Below are positions 1 to 13,081 of a DNA stretch of 64,000 nt, piece after piece. The stretch lies in contig CAUYUJ010000002.1 of assembly GCA_963575745.1 (NCBI GenBank), positions 186,001 through 250,000 of the forward strand, written 5' to 3'. A program made the position numbers and the translations under genes. The stretch comes from Prorocentrum cordatum (taxonomy: Eukaryota). The stretch's first letter is position 1, and every line of letters starts with the position of its first letter. The notes beneath the pieces are model-generated. The model worked only from the letters and a program-made list of their open reading frames with translations, was not told the origin of the DNA and did not search any database.

Positions 1-255
1 GCCGAGAGGCCCTGGGGCGCCGGGCCGGCGGAGCAGCGCCCGCTGGCAGCGGCGACGCCGAGGTCGCCGGCGAAGCCGAGGTCCAGGGCGCCGTCGGCGG
101 CGAGGCGCTGCAGGCGCGGGCTTTGCGGCGCCGGCGTCGCCGACGACGCCGAGAGGCCCTGGAGCGCCGGACGGGCAGGGCAGCGCCCGCTGGCAGCGGC
201 GACGCCGAGGTCGCCGGCGAAGCCGAGGTCCAGGGCGCCGGCGGCGGCAAGGCCA
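1..255. repeat. 147-bp direct duplication (about 1.7 copies visible, truncated at the window edge)
   Basis: gccgagaggccctgg at 1 and 148, with gcagcgcccgctggcagcggcgacgccgaggtcgccggcgaagccgaggtccagggcgccg repeated. The period is a multiple of 3. Confidence 0.8.
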
Positions 256-445
256 TGCCTGGCCCGGGGCGGCGGCCGGCGTCAGGGAAGCGGTTGCGCG
301 AGCTAATTAATTTCAACTCAGTGGTTGAATGGGGCCGCCGCTGTCGCCGCGAGATGTGACCCGGCCGCGCGCGCAGCCCGGGCGACAACCGCGCCGCGCG
401 GCGCGCTGGCGAATCTGGCGACGCGGCCAGAAAAATTTGAAGAAA

Positions 446-531
446 TAGTAGTAGTGGTAGTAGTAGTAGTAGTCGTAGTAGTGGTAGTAGTCGTAGTAGT
501 GGTAGTAGTAGTCGTAGTAGTAGTAGTAGTC

Positions 532-579
<48 letters not shown>

Positions 580-723
580 ATCGTAGTAGTAGTAGTAGTA
601 GTCGTAGTCAGTCAGAATCCCTCCCCCTCCCCAAAAAAATTCTCCCCCTTTCTCCCAACGCTGTGAGCGTAGTCGTAGTATTAGTAGTAGTAGTGGTAGT
701 GGTAGAAGTAGTAGTAGTAGTTT

Positions 724-754
<31 letters not shown>

Positions 755-755
755 C

Positions 756-840
<85 letters not shown>

Positions 841-969
841 TGGTAGTAGTAGCGGTCGTAGCAATCGTAGGAGTGGCGGTGCTATTAGTAGTCCTAGTTC
901 TAGTAGTAGTGCCAGTAGTAGTGATTGTAGTAGTAGTAGTGGTAGTAGTAGTAGTAGTAGTAGTAGTAC

Positions 970-1002
<33 letters not shown>

Positions 1003-1090
1003 GTAGTAGTAGTAGGTAGCCGTAGTCGTAGTCGTAGTCGCAGTGGTTGTATGAATCGCATTATCCGCAGTGGCGGTAGCAGTAGTAGCA

Positions 1091-1129
<39 letters not shown>

Positions 1130-1145
1130 ACAGTAGTAGTAGTAG
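446..1145 (+). repeat. Imperfect (GTA)n microsatellite
   Basis: Directly visible; interrupted at 613-665. Confidence 0.97.
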
Positions 1146-1260
1146 TTCCCCGCGTGCTTCGTGGGGTTTTGGTTTTCTTTCCTTCCGCGTCTCACCCGCG
1201 TCTCCTTCTCCTCCTCGCTCTCCTTCTCCGTGTAGGATTCGCAGTGGATGGCAGGAGGCT

Positions 1261-4200
1261 CTATGCAGGCCATGGCGCAGGGCACGGCAGGCGTGGCACT
1301 TTCTCGACACCACAGGGAGTGCGCAGGGGGTGGACTCTCACCGCGGTTTCTATACGCGCCAATGTCGCAGGGCCTAGCAGGCGTGGCACATTCTCGACAC
1401 CGCAGGGGGTGCGCAGGGGGTGGTCTCTCACCGCGGCCGCTACGCACGACAGTCGTCCAGGCACAGCAGGCGTGGGACATTCTCGACGCCGCAGGGGCTG
1501 TGCAGGGGGTGGTCTCTCACCGCGGCCGCTATGCACGACGGCCGCCCAGGCGCGGCAGGCGCGGGACGTTCTCGACACCACAGGGGCTGTGCAAGGGGTG
1601 GTCTCTCACCGCGTCCGCTATGCACGACGGTCGTCCAGGCACAGCAGGCGTGGCATTTTCTCGACACCACAGGGGGTGCGCAGGGGGTGGTCTCTCACCG
1701 CGGCCGCTATGCACGAGTCGTCCCGGCGCAGCAGGCTGGCGCATTCTCGACACCGGAGAACAGGGTGCGCGGAGGGTGGTCTCTCACCGCGGCCAGCTAC
1801 CACGCAGTCGTCCCCATGCACAGAAGTGCTCGGCACTTCTCGACACCACAGGGTGGTGCCAGGTGGTTGGTCTCTCACCGCGGCCGCTAATCAACGACGG
1901 TCGTTCCAGGCAACAGCAGGCGTGGCGCATTCTCGACACCACAGGGGGTGCGCAGGGGGTGGTCTCTCACCGCGGCCGCTATGCGCGACGGTCGTCCAGG
2001 CGCAGCAGGCGTGGCGCTGTCTCGACACCGCGGCCGCTATGCACGACGGTCGTCCAGGTACAGCAGGCGTGGCACTTTCTCGACGCCGCAGGGTGGTCTC
2101 TCACCGCGGCCGCTATGCACGGTGGTCGTCCAGGCACAGCAGGCGCGGCACTTTCTTGACGCCACAGGGGGTGCGCAATGGGTGGTCTCTCACCGCGGCC
2201 GCTATGCACGACGGTCGTCCAGGCGTAGCAGGCGTGGAACATTCTCGCCACCACGGAGGCTGTGCAGGGGGTGGTCTCTCGCCGCGGCCGCTATGCGCGA
2301 CGGTCGTCCAGGCGCAGCAGGCGTGGCATTTTCTCGACACCACAGGGGGTGCGCAGGGGGTGGTCTCTCACCGCGGTCTCTATACGCCCCAGTCGTCCAG
2401 GCATAGCAGGCGTGGCACTTTCTCGACACCACAGGGGGTGCGCAGGGGGTGGTCTCTCACCGCGGGCCGCTATGCGCGACGTTCGGTCCATGCACAGTCA
2501 GGCGTGGGTGTGTCGCAGGGTGGTCTCGCGCCGCGGCCGCTGTGCCGCGTTCCGTCCAGGCACACGCATGCGGTGCAACTTTCTCCACAACAGGGTGTTC
2601 TCCTCACCGCGGCCGCTATGCCGGACGGTCGCGTCCAGTCACAGCAGGCGTGGCATTTTCTCGACACCGCAGGGGGTGCGCAGGGGGTGGTCTCTCGCCG
2701 CGGCCGCTATGCACGACGGTCGTCCAGGCGCAGCAGGCGTGGAACATTCTCGACACCGCAGGCAGTGCGCAGGGGGTGGTCTCTCACCGCGGCCGCTGTG
2801 CACGACGGTCGTCCAGGCACAGCAGGCGTGGCGCATTCTCGACACCACAGGGGGTGCGCAGGGGGTGGTCTCTTACCGCGGCCGCTATGCGCGACGGTCG
2901 TCCAGGCGCAGCAGGCGCGGCGCATTCTCGACACCGCGGGGGGTGCGCATGGGGGTGGTCTCTCACCGCGGCCGCTATGCACGACGGTCGCCCAGGCACA
3001 GCAGGCGTGGCACATTCTCGACACCACAGGGGGTGCCGCAGGGGTGTCTCGCCCGCGGGGCCGCTACGCACAGACGGTCCGTCCAGGCCCGCTGGCGTGG
3101 CACTTTTTCCGACGCCCACAGGGGGTGCGCAGGGGGTGGTTCCTCACCGCGGACCGCCTTGCACTTTGGTCGCCCCGCAACAAGGCAACAGCAGGCCGTG
3201 TGCACTTTCTTTCTCGACACCAAAGGGGGTGGTCTCTCACCGCGACCGCTATGCACGACGGTCGTCCGGACCAGCAGGCGCGGCACATTCTCGAAACCCC
3301 AAGGGGTGCGCAGGGGGTGTCCTCTCGCCCGCGGCCGCATGCAACGCGCCCGAGTGCAACGCGGTCGCCCAGGCGCAGCAGGCGTGGAACATTCTCGACA
3401 CCACAGGGGCTGTGCGCAGGGGGTGGTCTCTCGCCGCGGCCGCTATGCACGACGGTCGTCCAGGCACAGCAGGCGCGGCCTTTTCTCGACGCCACAGGGG
3501 GTGCGCAGGGGGTGGTCTCTCACCGCGTCCGCTATGCACGACGGTCGCCCAGGCGCAGCAGGCGCGGCACTTTCTCGACACCACGGGGAGTGCGCAGGGG
3601 GTGGTCTCCCACCGCGGCCGCTATGCACGACTGTCGCCCAGGCGCAGCAGGCGTGGCACATTCTCGAAACCACAGGGGGCGCGCAGGCGGTTGTCTCTCA
3701 CCGCGGCCGCTATGCGCGACGGTCGTCCAGGCGCAGCAGGCGTGGCGCATTCTCGACACCACAGGGGGTGCGTAGGGGGTGGTCTCTCACCGCGGCCGCT
3801 ATGCACGACGGTCGTCCAGGCGCAGCAGGCGTGGCACTTTCTCGACACCACAGGGTGGTCTCTCACCGCGGCCGCTATGCGCGACGGTCGTCCAGGCACA
3901 GCAGGCGTGGGGGTGCGCAGGGGGTGGTCTCTCGCCGCGGCCGCTTGCGCGAACGGTCGTCCACGAAGTCGAGAACATGTAAATCTTCTCGACACCAACA
4001 ATGTTTTCGCATGGGGTTGTGTCTCTCGCCGCGGCCGCCATGCACGAGACGGTTCGCCCCAGGCACGCAGGCGTGGCAAAACTTTCTCGACACCACAGGG
4101 GGTGCGCAAGTGGTGGTCCTCACAGTGCGGCTGCTATGCACGACGGTTCCGCCCAGGCACAGCAAGGCGTGTCACATTCTCGACACCACAGGGGTGCGCA

Positions 4201-6260
4201 CAGGGGGTGGTCTCTGGACCGCGGTCTCTATATAGCACGGCTGTCGTCCAGGCACAGCAGGCGCGGCACATTCTCGACACCACGGTGGGTTGCCTCATGG
4301 TGGTGGTCTTCTCACAACGCGTCCGCTATCACGACGTTCTCCCAGCACAGCAGGCGCGGCACATTCTCGACACCACAGGGGGTGCGCATGGGGTGGTCTC
4401 CCACCGCGGCTGCTATGCACGACGGTCGCCCAGGCACAGCAGGCGTGGCACATTCTCGACACCACAGGGGGTGCGCAGGGGGTGGTCTCTCACCGCGGCC
4501 GCTATGCACGACGGTCGTCCAGGCACAGCAGGCGTGGCACTTTCTCGACACCACAGGGGGTGCGCAGGGGGTGGTCTCTCACCGCGGCCGCTATGCACGA
4601 CGGTCGTCCAGGCACAGCAGGCGTGGCACTTTCTCGACACCACAGGGGGTGCGCAGGGGGTGGTCTCTCACCGCGGCCGCTATGCACGACGGTCGTCCAG
4701 GCACAGCAGGCGTGGCACTTTCTCGACACCAAGGGGTGGTCTCTCACCGCGGCCGCTATGCACGACGGTCGTCCACGCACAGCAGGCGTGGCACTTTCTC
4801 GAAACCACAGGGGGTGCGCAGGGGGTGGTCTCCTGTCGCGGCCGCGATGCACGACGGTGGTCCAGGCACAGCAGGCGTGGAACATTCTCGACACCACAGG
4901 GGCTGTGCGCAGGGGGTGGTCTCTCACCGCGGCCGCGATGTACGGCGGTCGTCCAGGCACAGCAGGCGCGGCACATTCTCGACGCCGCAGGGGGTGCGCA
5001 GGGGGTGGTCTCTCACCGCGGCCGCTATGCACGGCGGCCGCCCAAGCACAGCAGGCGTTGCACTTTTTCGAAACCACATGGGGGTGCGCAGGGGGTCGTC
5101 TCTCACCGCGGCCGCTATGCGCGACCGGTCGTCCAAGGCACAGCAGGCGCGGCATTTTCTCGCCACCAGTGGGGGTGCGCAGGGAGTGGTCCTTCACCGC
5201 AGCCGCCATGCGCGACGGTCGTCCAGGCACAGCAGGCGCGGCACATTTCTCGACACCACAGGGGTGCGCAGGGCGTGGTCTCTCACCGCGGCCGCTACGC
5301 GCGACGGTCCCCCAGGCACAGCAGGCGCGGCACATTCTCGACACACTGGGGTGCGCAGGGGGGGGTCTCTCACCGCGGCCGCTATGCGCCCAGGCACAGC
5401 AGGCGTGGACATTTCTCGACACCACGGGGGGTGCGCAGGGGGTGGTCTCTCACCGCGGCCGCTATGCACGACGGTCGTCCAGGCACAGCAGGCGTGGCAC
5501 TTTCTCGACACAACAGGGTGGTCTCTCACCGCGGCTGCTATGCACGACGGTCGTCCAGGTACAGCAGGCGTGGGGGTGCGCAGGGGGTGGTCTCTCACCG
5601 CGGCCGCTATGCGCGACGGTCGTCCAGGCACAGCAGGCGCGGCACGTTCTCGACGCCACTGGGGCTGTGCGCAGGGGGTGGTCTCTCACCGCGGCCGCGA
5701 TGTACGACGGTCGTCCAGGCAAAGCAGGCGTGGCACTTTCTCGACACCACAGGGGGTGCGCAGGGGGTGGTCTCTCACCGCGGCCGCTATGCGCGACGGT
5801 CGTCCAGGCACAGCAGGCGTGGCACATTCTCGACACCACAGGGGGTGCGCAGGGGGTGGTCTCTCACCGCGGCCGCTATGCGCGACTGTCGTCCAGGCAC
5901 AGCAGGCGCGGCGCATTCTCGACGCCGCAGGGGGTGCGCAGAGGGTGGTCTCTCACCGCGGCCGCTATGCACGACGGTCGTCCAGGCACAGCTGGCGTGG
6001 AACTTTTTCGAACCGCAGGGGGTGCGCAGGGGGTGGTCTCTCACCGCGGCCGCTATGCACGACGGTCGTCCAGGCACAGCAGGCGTGGCACATTCTCGAC
6101 ACCACAGGGGGTGCGCAGGGGGTGGTCTCTCACCGCGGCCGCTATGCACGACGGTCGTCCAGGCGCAGCAGGCGTGGCACTTGCTCGACGCCACTGGGGG
6201 TGCGCAGGGGGTGGTCTCTCACTGTGGTCGCTATGCACGACGGTCGTCCAGGCACAGCAG
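1261..6260. repeat. 89-bp tandem satellite, about 55 units
   Basis: Unit gctatgcacgacggtcgtccaggcacagcaggcgtggcactttctcgacaccacagggggtgcgcagggggtggtctctcaccgcggcc recurs at 4501, 4590, 4679 etc. It has no + strand stop codons, which explains the 650-1380 aa ORFs. Confidence 0.97.
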
Positions 6261-6299
6261 TACGGCGACGACGCTGAGTATACTCAGTGCGACGACGCT

Positions 6300-6535
6300 G
6301 GTTCGACTGGTTGGTCTGGTTGGCGTGGTCTGGTTGGTCTGGTCTGGTCTGGTTGGTTTGGTCTGGTTGGTCTGGTTGGTGTGGTTGGTTGGCTGGCTCG
6401 TGTGGCTGCTCGGCTTGATTGGCCTGGCTGGCTGGTCTGATTACTTTGGCTGGTTATGGCTGGCACGTCTGATCCGACTGGTCTGGTCAGTCCGGCTGGT
6501 CTGGCTGATCTGGCTGGTCTGGTCAGTCTGGCTCG
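6300..6535 (+). repeat. Low-complexity GGTCT/GGTT/GGCT repeat
   Basis: Directly visible degenerate 4-5-mer repeat. Confidence 0.85.
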
Positions 6536-6619
6536 TCGGGATGGCGAAGCGGGATGTGGTATGGTTTGTGAACACACGTGACATAAAATAAGTATGTAGG
6601 GTTCCTCGGTAGCGTACTT

Positions 6620-7512
<893 letters not shown>

Positions 7513-7519
7513 GTGCACG

Positions 7520-10500
7520 TAGTAGTCGTTGTCGACGTCGTCTCCGTTAGTGGGCCGCATGACGAGCCGATCTCAGCGCTGGCCTTGAGTGACGCGGCGG
7601 CCACCCCAGTTACTTGCGGCGACAGGCGCTGCGCGGTGCTACCAGGCGGCGCGTTGACCGAGCTCGGGCGCGCGCGGCAAATTCAACGAGGCTGCCGGCA
7701 GGGCGCGGGGCCCCCTTTTACCGCGTGTTCGGCGAATTGATACAGCCGCATCAAAGGCATCAATCCCGCGGGCCTCCACGACGCCCTGCGTCATCCCAGC
7801 AAGGCTCGAGCCGTGTTTTCAGAGCTTGCGCGTTACGCGCCGAGGTGTTCAACGTGATTGAAGCAGGGACAGAATTGCCAGCGATGCCTATAGAGGTCTG
7901 CTGCAGTGCTCCTCGAAAACAAGCGCCACCCGAGGCCGACGACGACGCTGCAGGGCACCTCGTTCAACCCTCAGCAGGGCAGACGCGCGTCATTTCCAAC
8001 TTCAGTCTACTCATCGCAGCCTGGCAGCGCGTTCGCTGGAACGAGTAACAACTGGCGGGGGAGTCGGCCACCGCCAGGCATGCGCGGAACGAGGCCCGCC
8101 CGCGACGCCCAGGAGTTCTCGGTCGCCCATGGCCAGGACATGGAGCTCGCCAAGTTAACTGACCGACGCGGTGCCTGTTCCTCTATCGGCTGGCCCATTC
8201 TTTCTCACGATCGATCGGGCGATAGGGAATAGGCCCATGCGGACTTAGATGGCCCACCCCGAGACGACAGAGGAGCCCCGCGGATGCTTGAGCGTTGAAC
8301 GGAGACTGGTTTGACGAGTTCGATTTCGGTTCCAGTTTGGGCGCAGCGTGGCAGCAACGAGCACGTCGCGACAGACGGGATGCTTAGAGGGCCCTTCGTG
8401 CAGCATCGCGTCTGCGCCTGCGTTGGCGAGCGCGCGGGCGCGCGCCGTCGCGACGCGATCCACGCGTGACGCGCAGGGCTTCATCGACGACAGCAGTGTG
8501 CAGAAAACGTCTACAGAGCCATGCGTCCCTGTCAGTTTTCTGGTTTCCACAATCGCGATTAGCGAGAAGTTTGGCAACCTGGCAGGCTGCTCTCTGAACG
8601 AGAAAAAAAGACAGAGGTACAGGCGAGCCCCAGGACCTTGAAAAAGAAGATACCACGAGCCATGCCTGACGCGACCTGCGACAAGGCCATTCCATCGGTG
8701 GGCGGCATCCTATGCGACGGCGCGACGGGATCTGCAGCATCGCGACAACGTCTACTACGCGAACGACGCGCCAAGTTTCACCATGGCCTTGGCAGGGTCG
8801 ACCGCGGTCCGAGCTCTTACGGCTGGCGGGGCAGGTGCATCGCAATGCGCGGCAGTGCAGCGGGCAACTGCGGCCCAGAGATGCAGCTGCCCCCCCCAAA
8901 AAAAAAAGAAAGAAAAAAGAAAAAAAACAAAAAAGAAAAAGAAGAATAAGAAAAACACATAAAACATACAAAAAAACGTGCAACCGCTTGGCAGCCGCGA
9001 CCTATCGCGCGCTGATGAACGGTGGGGTCACGTGGCGATCTCGCGCATTATCGTTCACCCTGGCCAGTCGCGGCCGCATGTGGGGCCCGTGGCAAGCGAG
9101 CAGGTATTGGGCACTCCTCGCACTCCGCCGACTATTTCAGAAGCGACCTCCCTTGCGAGCGCGACATCTTGAAGTGCTCGACGGCTGCCGCAACAAGCGT
9201 GGTCCACCTGCCACGTCGCGCGGTCCAGGCCTGGTCCTGCTGGAGATGTTCTGCGACCTCACCTGGAAGTCCGACGTGCTTTACTGATTGAGCGCGCCTC
9301 GGGCGGCGTCGCGCCTCTCGCCGACGGCGGCGACCTGTGGCGCCGCGTCGTGCGACAAGATCTCCGGCGGGCAGTCCGGGAGGCGGGGTGCTACGCGCGC
9401 GCGCAGGGGCTGCCGCTTTGACCAGTTTTCGAGGGCCCCCCCCAGCACTCCATTCACTGCGAGGCAACATGTGCTCAGCATCGCAAACGACGACGACGGA
9501 TCGTGGGCAGTGATATCAATGTTGCGACAGTCTTTACTACCAAAGCGCAGGGCAGCCACTCGCACCCTGCGGAGTGGCGGGCTTCTCGCCGCGTGCAGGT
9601 TGCAGGCGGCGGGGCGCTGCGAGACGGAGCTCTGTCCTTGCTGTTGGGCGGCCGCCGAAAAACGCAACGTGCATCGCGGGGCTGCGCGCGTTTCGACAGC
9701 AGCAGACGTTGGCTTTGCGAGAAGTGCCCCGGTTTCGATTTCAGCCCCCCCCCGGGGGCCGCGCGACTCGCAGGGCCCGCGTTGGGCAACGCGCAACTTG
9801 ACGCCAGTTTCGCCGAAGTGGCCACGGGCGACGCTCGTGACCTCCAGGAAGCCCGTCCTCCCGACATCGACAGCCAGGGCGAACTATCGGTGGGCGGCGA
9901 AGGTTTTGCAATCGCCGCTGTGGACGGCGCGGTGCCCGACGGCCATTTGGACTTCAGTTTGCGACGAAGCGGAAGCGGACTCTACCACGGCAGCCGGCGC
10001 AGTCGCAACCGCACCGTACCATTGGAGGGCATGGTACAGTGCGCCCAACGCGCAGAGTTACGAAGCGCCTTGCGTTGGGCCTTGTGGAACTGGACGCGCG
10101 GCATCTACCTGGCCAGCTCCAGCTGCGCATGCCGAGGACTTAGCAGGGGTCACCAATCGGACGGCCGCGCACTTTCGCACCCACAAGGACTTGCGGGGGC
10201 GACTGCAAGCAGCCATAGCAGCCAAAGGCCACGACGACTTCAAGACGAAGAAGATCAAGAGCCATCAAACCAAATGACAGCTGAACGCAGCAACCCAATC
10301 GGAGATGCGCCTACGCCTCAAGGACGAGGCTGCCGACAAGCGCGCGGTCACAGCTGCGCAGCAGCGAGCAGTGGGCGCCGCGCTCTCAGAGGGGCGCAAG
10401 TAACGCATCCAACGTGAGCAGGACGTTCAAGCGATGCTGATCGACGTCGCCCGGGCGCGCGCTGCAGCGGCCTCGACTATGTTCGGCAAGTCCTCGCGTG

Positions 10501-11500
10501 GCGCCCAGATCGGCGAATCTTAGCATGACGTGCGCGTGCGCATCAACAGGTCTGAGCACGGCGATCGCAACTACGCCGACCGTGGAAGAGGGCCCATGGG
10601 GGGCGGAATGGATGGCCCTGAAGGCGACGCCCACTCGACTCCTGCGCGACCCCCAGAAGCGCGATCGGCACCAACGTTCCCAGAGGCACCGCCGCCGCGT
10701 CGTCTACGAGGCAAAACGACGCCTTCCACGACGACATCGACGACGACAAGCTCACCAGCAGCCGCGACCACACCACCACCTTCAGCGACCGATGCGCCAT
10801 CGCCGCAGGCCTCTGTCAGCGCTACGAAGGAAGAGGTATTTCCGCAGTGTCCATGGGAGCCACGACCAGTGAAGGACCGTGCAACTTGGCTCCAAGGGGC
10901 AAAACTCGCAGGCGAGGATTTCATCAAGAATGACTGGACCTGGAAGCTCACCTTCATTGCAGCTCCCCGCTGGTACTGGTCCACCACTTACTTGGGCGAA
11001 GACCCGCCGCCGCGATCACGCGGAATGACGGCAGACGGTCAGGCGAGCGCCATCATGGCAGTTCTGGTTTTCTTTCTGGCGACGGGCGAACTCATGGGAT
11101 GGCGCAACCAACGCGCGCCATCTTCGATAAGAAAGGCGGCCAAGATGTTCACAGCAGCCCGTTCCAATTTGATGGCAGGATTCGGCATCGTCAGGCAGGC
11201 CTCTTATGACAGGAAGAGTATTCACAGGGCGCTTTTTTTTAATCTAGTCAAGGAGTGCCGCCAGCTGTATCCACTTGGTCTGGAGATATTCACTGGAATA
11301 CGAGGGCGACTCAAACTATTATGCACAGGTGGTGTCACTGCGGTTCTGTTGAACATGGCTCTGATCCAGGTCAAACAACCTGCGCCGGCTACATGGGCGC
11401 CAACATGCTTCCCGAGTAGCCAAGCCAGACCAGTTTCGCAAGGTGATGCACATGCCTTGCAACCAAGACGGCTACGCGGGAAACAACCACCCACGACGGC
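7520..11500 (+). mobile_element. Decayed non-LTR (LINE-type) retrotransposon ORF2: RT, RNase H and a C-terminal extension
   Basis: Motifs appear in the expected order across frameshifts: TRVISNFSLLIAAWQRVR (~7980-8035), GTRPARDA, TGCLEG (QG-box equivalent), GFIDD (8477-8491), FGNLAGCSLNEKK; then RNase H VDGA...SGLYHG...PLEGMVQCAQRAELRSAL, HKDL...KKIKSHQ, DEAADKRA (9900-10360). ORF 10530-11786 continues on the same strand. Boundaries approximate. Confidence 0.85.
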
Positions 11501-12454
11501 GACCAGCAGTATTCAGAATGCCGAAGCTTCTGAAGAACCACGCTTGAGGCCAGCCCGACCACGCTACTTCGCGAGCAACGCTGGCGAATTCCATTCCAGT
11601 GGAAGACAAGGCCCCCCTCGAGCGACCCCCTGGGCTTCCACCGACGCAGAGAAGAACGGCGGCTGTTCCATAACGCCCATGCAGGGCAAGGCGCGGCTGC
11701 GCGTCTCTTCTTGTGCCCATTTACATCAGCGGGCTCGACGTCGCTGCGCTGTGGTAGATGGCGCGTGGGCGCGGGCCCAGCAGTGACAGTCGGGGCAGGC
11801 GCGGTAGCCTGGAGGCACGCCCGCAAGGCCTGCGTTGCCCGACCCAACGTTCTGGGAGGCATGTCGCTAAGAGTTTGGCAGCGGAGGTCGATTGTCGGAT
11901 GCGCGACGCATGCGAATTGGATGGAGGAGACCAATCAGCTACATTGGAAGGATAGTTCAAGGCATGTGCTTTACAGTACGCAGAAGAACTTTCGCTTCAA
12001 TTTTGTCTGTCGGCGCTCTGGATGTCAATGTATCAGGTGCGATGTGGAAAGCGATGTGGCGAAGGCGATGATGAGCACGTTGCGCAGAGGACATGCTTCG
12101 AGGGAACAGAGGGTCGAGCTTCAGCCAGTGATGTCGGACCGAGTGACCTGCGATTCCCCCCCAGCCTCACTGCGACAATAAGAAGAAGATCTTGGGGCAG
12201 ATCTTCCGCCAGTTCCCCCCTCAGATATTTCCGCAACCATTCCCGACGCATTTCTCCCGATTTTTCGCTTTGCAACCGCGTCGAGCCTGCCTCCGAGCGC
12301 CCCCCAGACCTCTCGACAGATTTGTTTCAGATCTTCCTCCTTCTGTCCCAGGGTGTTCCTTGTTTTGTTTTATGCTGCGCCGCGGGCCCGTCTTTTTTAT
12401 AGTTATATTTGTTTAGTGAGTTTTGTTGTCTGCCTTGCTTCGGGGCTGCAATCT

Positions 12455-12532
12455 CTACGGGGCAACCTAGCATTTTAAATTCCTTATTGTTTAGAATTTC
12501 ATTATTTAGAGAACCTCCCGGTTGCCTTGTAG
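12455..12532. mobile_element. Tiny AT-cored inverted-repeat element (possible MITE)
   Basis: ctacggggcaacc ... ggttgccttgtag, 11/13 inverted match around an AT-rich core. Confidence 0.4.
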
Positions 12533-12587
12533 TAGTTAGTGGTGGCAGTAGTAGTGAGAATCGCAGTAGTAGTGGTGGGGTAGTAGC

Positions 12588-12633
<46 letters not shown>

Positions 12634-12795
12634 CTAGTAGTAGTAGTAATAGTGGTAGTTCTAGTGACAGCAGTAGTATCAGTAACACCAGTAATCGTCA
12701 TCTTCGTGGTAGTGGGCGTAGTAGTCGTGGTATTTGCACTACTAGCAGTGCGGGCAGTAGCGGTAGCAGTAGCAGTTGCAGCAGCAGCAGTAGTG

Positions 12796-12833
<38 letters not shown>

Positions 12834-12922
12834 AGTAGTAGTAGTAGTAGTGGTAGTAGTACTAGTAGTAGCAGTGGTAGTTGTAGCCGTAGTAATAGTA
12901 GTTGTAGTCTTTGTAGCAGTAG
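12533..12922 (+). repeat. Degenerate (GTA)n microsatellite
   Basis: Directly visible. Confidence 0.95.
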
Positions 12923-13081
12923 TGAGAATTTGGCATTCTTACTTGATACTCGGTGCGTACTTGTCGGGGTCGGCCAGTCATCAAACCATGAGTGACCGCG
13001 CGTAATTGCTGCCTGCTGCTCTGAGCAACACACTCATTTGCCGAAGACACTGCTCAGGCAGTTTCTGCACAGGAACAGAGC

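Noticed and set aside
1070..6591. Very long ORFs (657-1380 aa) on the + strand
   Set aside because: They are translations of the stop-free 89-bp satellite, which cycles through all three frames.
8890..8977. A-rich tract inside the LINE as a poly(A) tail (also the T run at 30226-30266)
   Set aside because: It interrupts the element mid-ORF with no associated insert or target duplication; it may be low-complexity expansion or consensus error.
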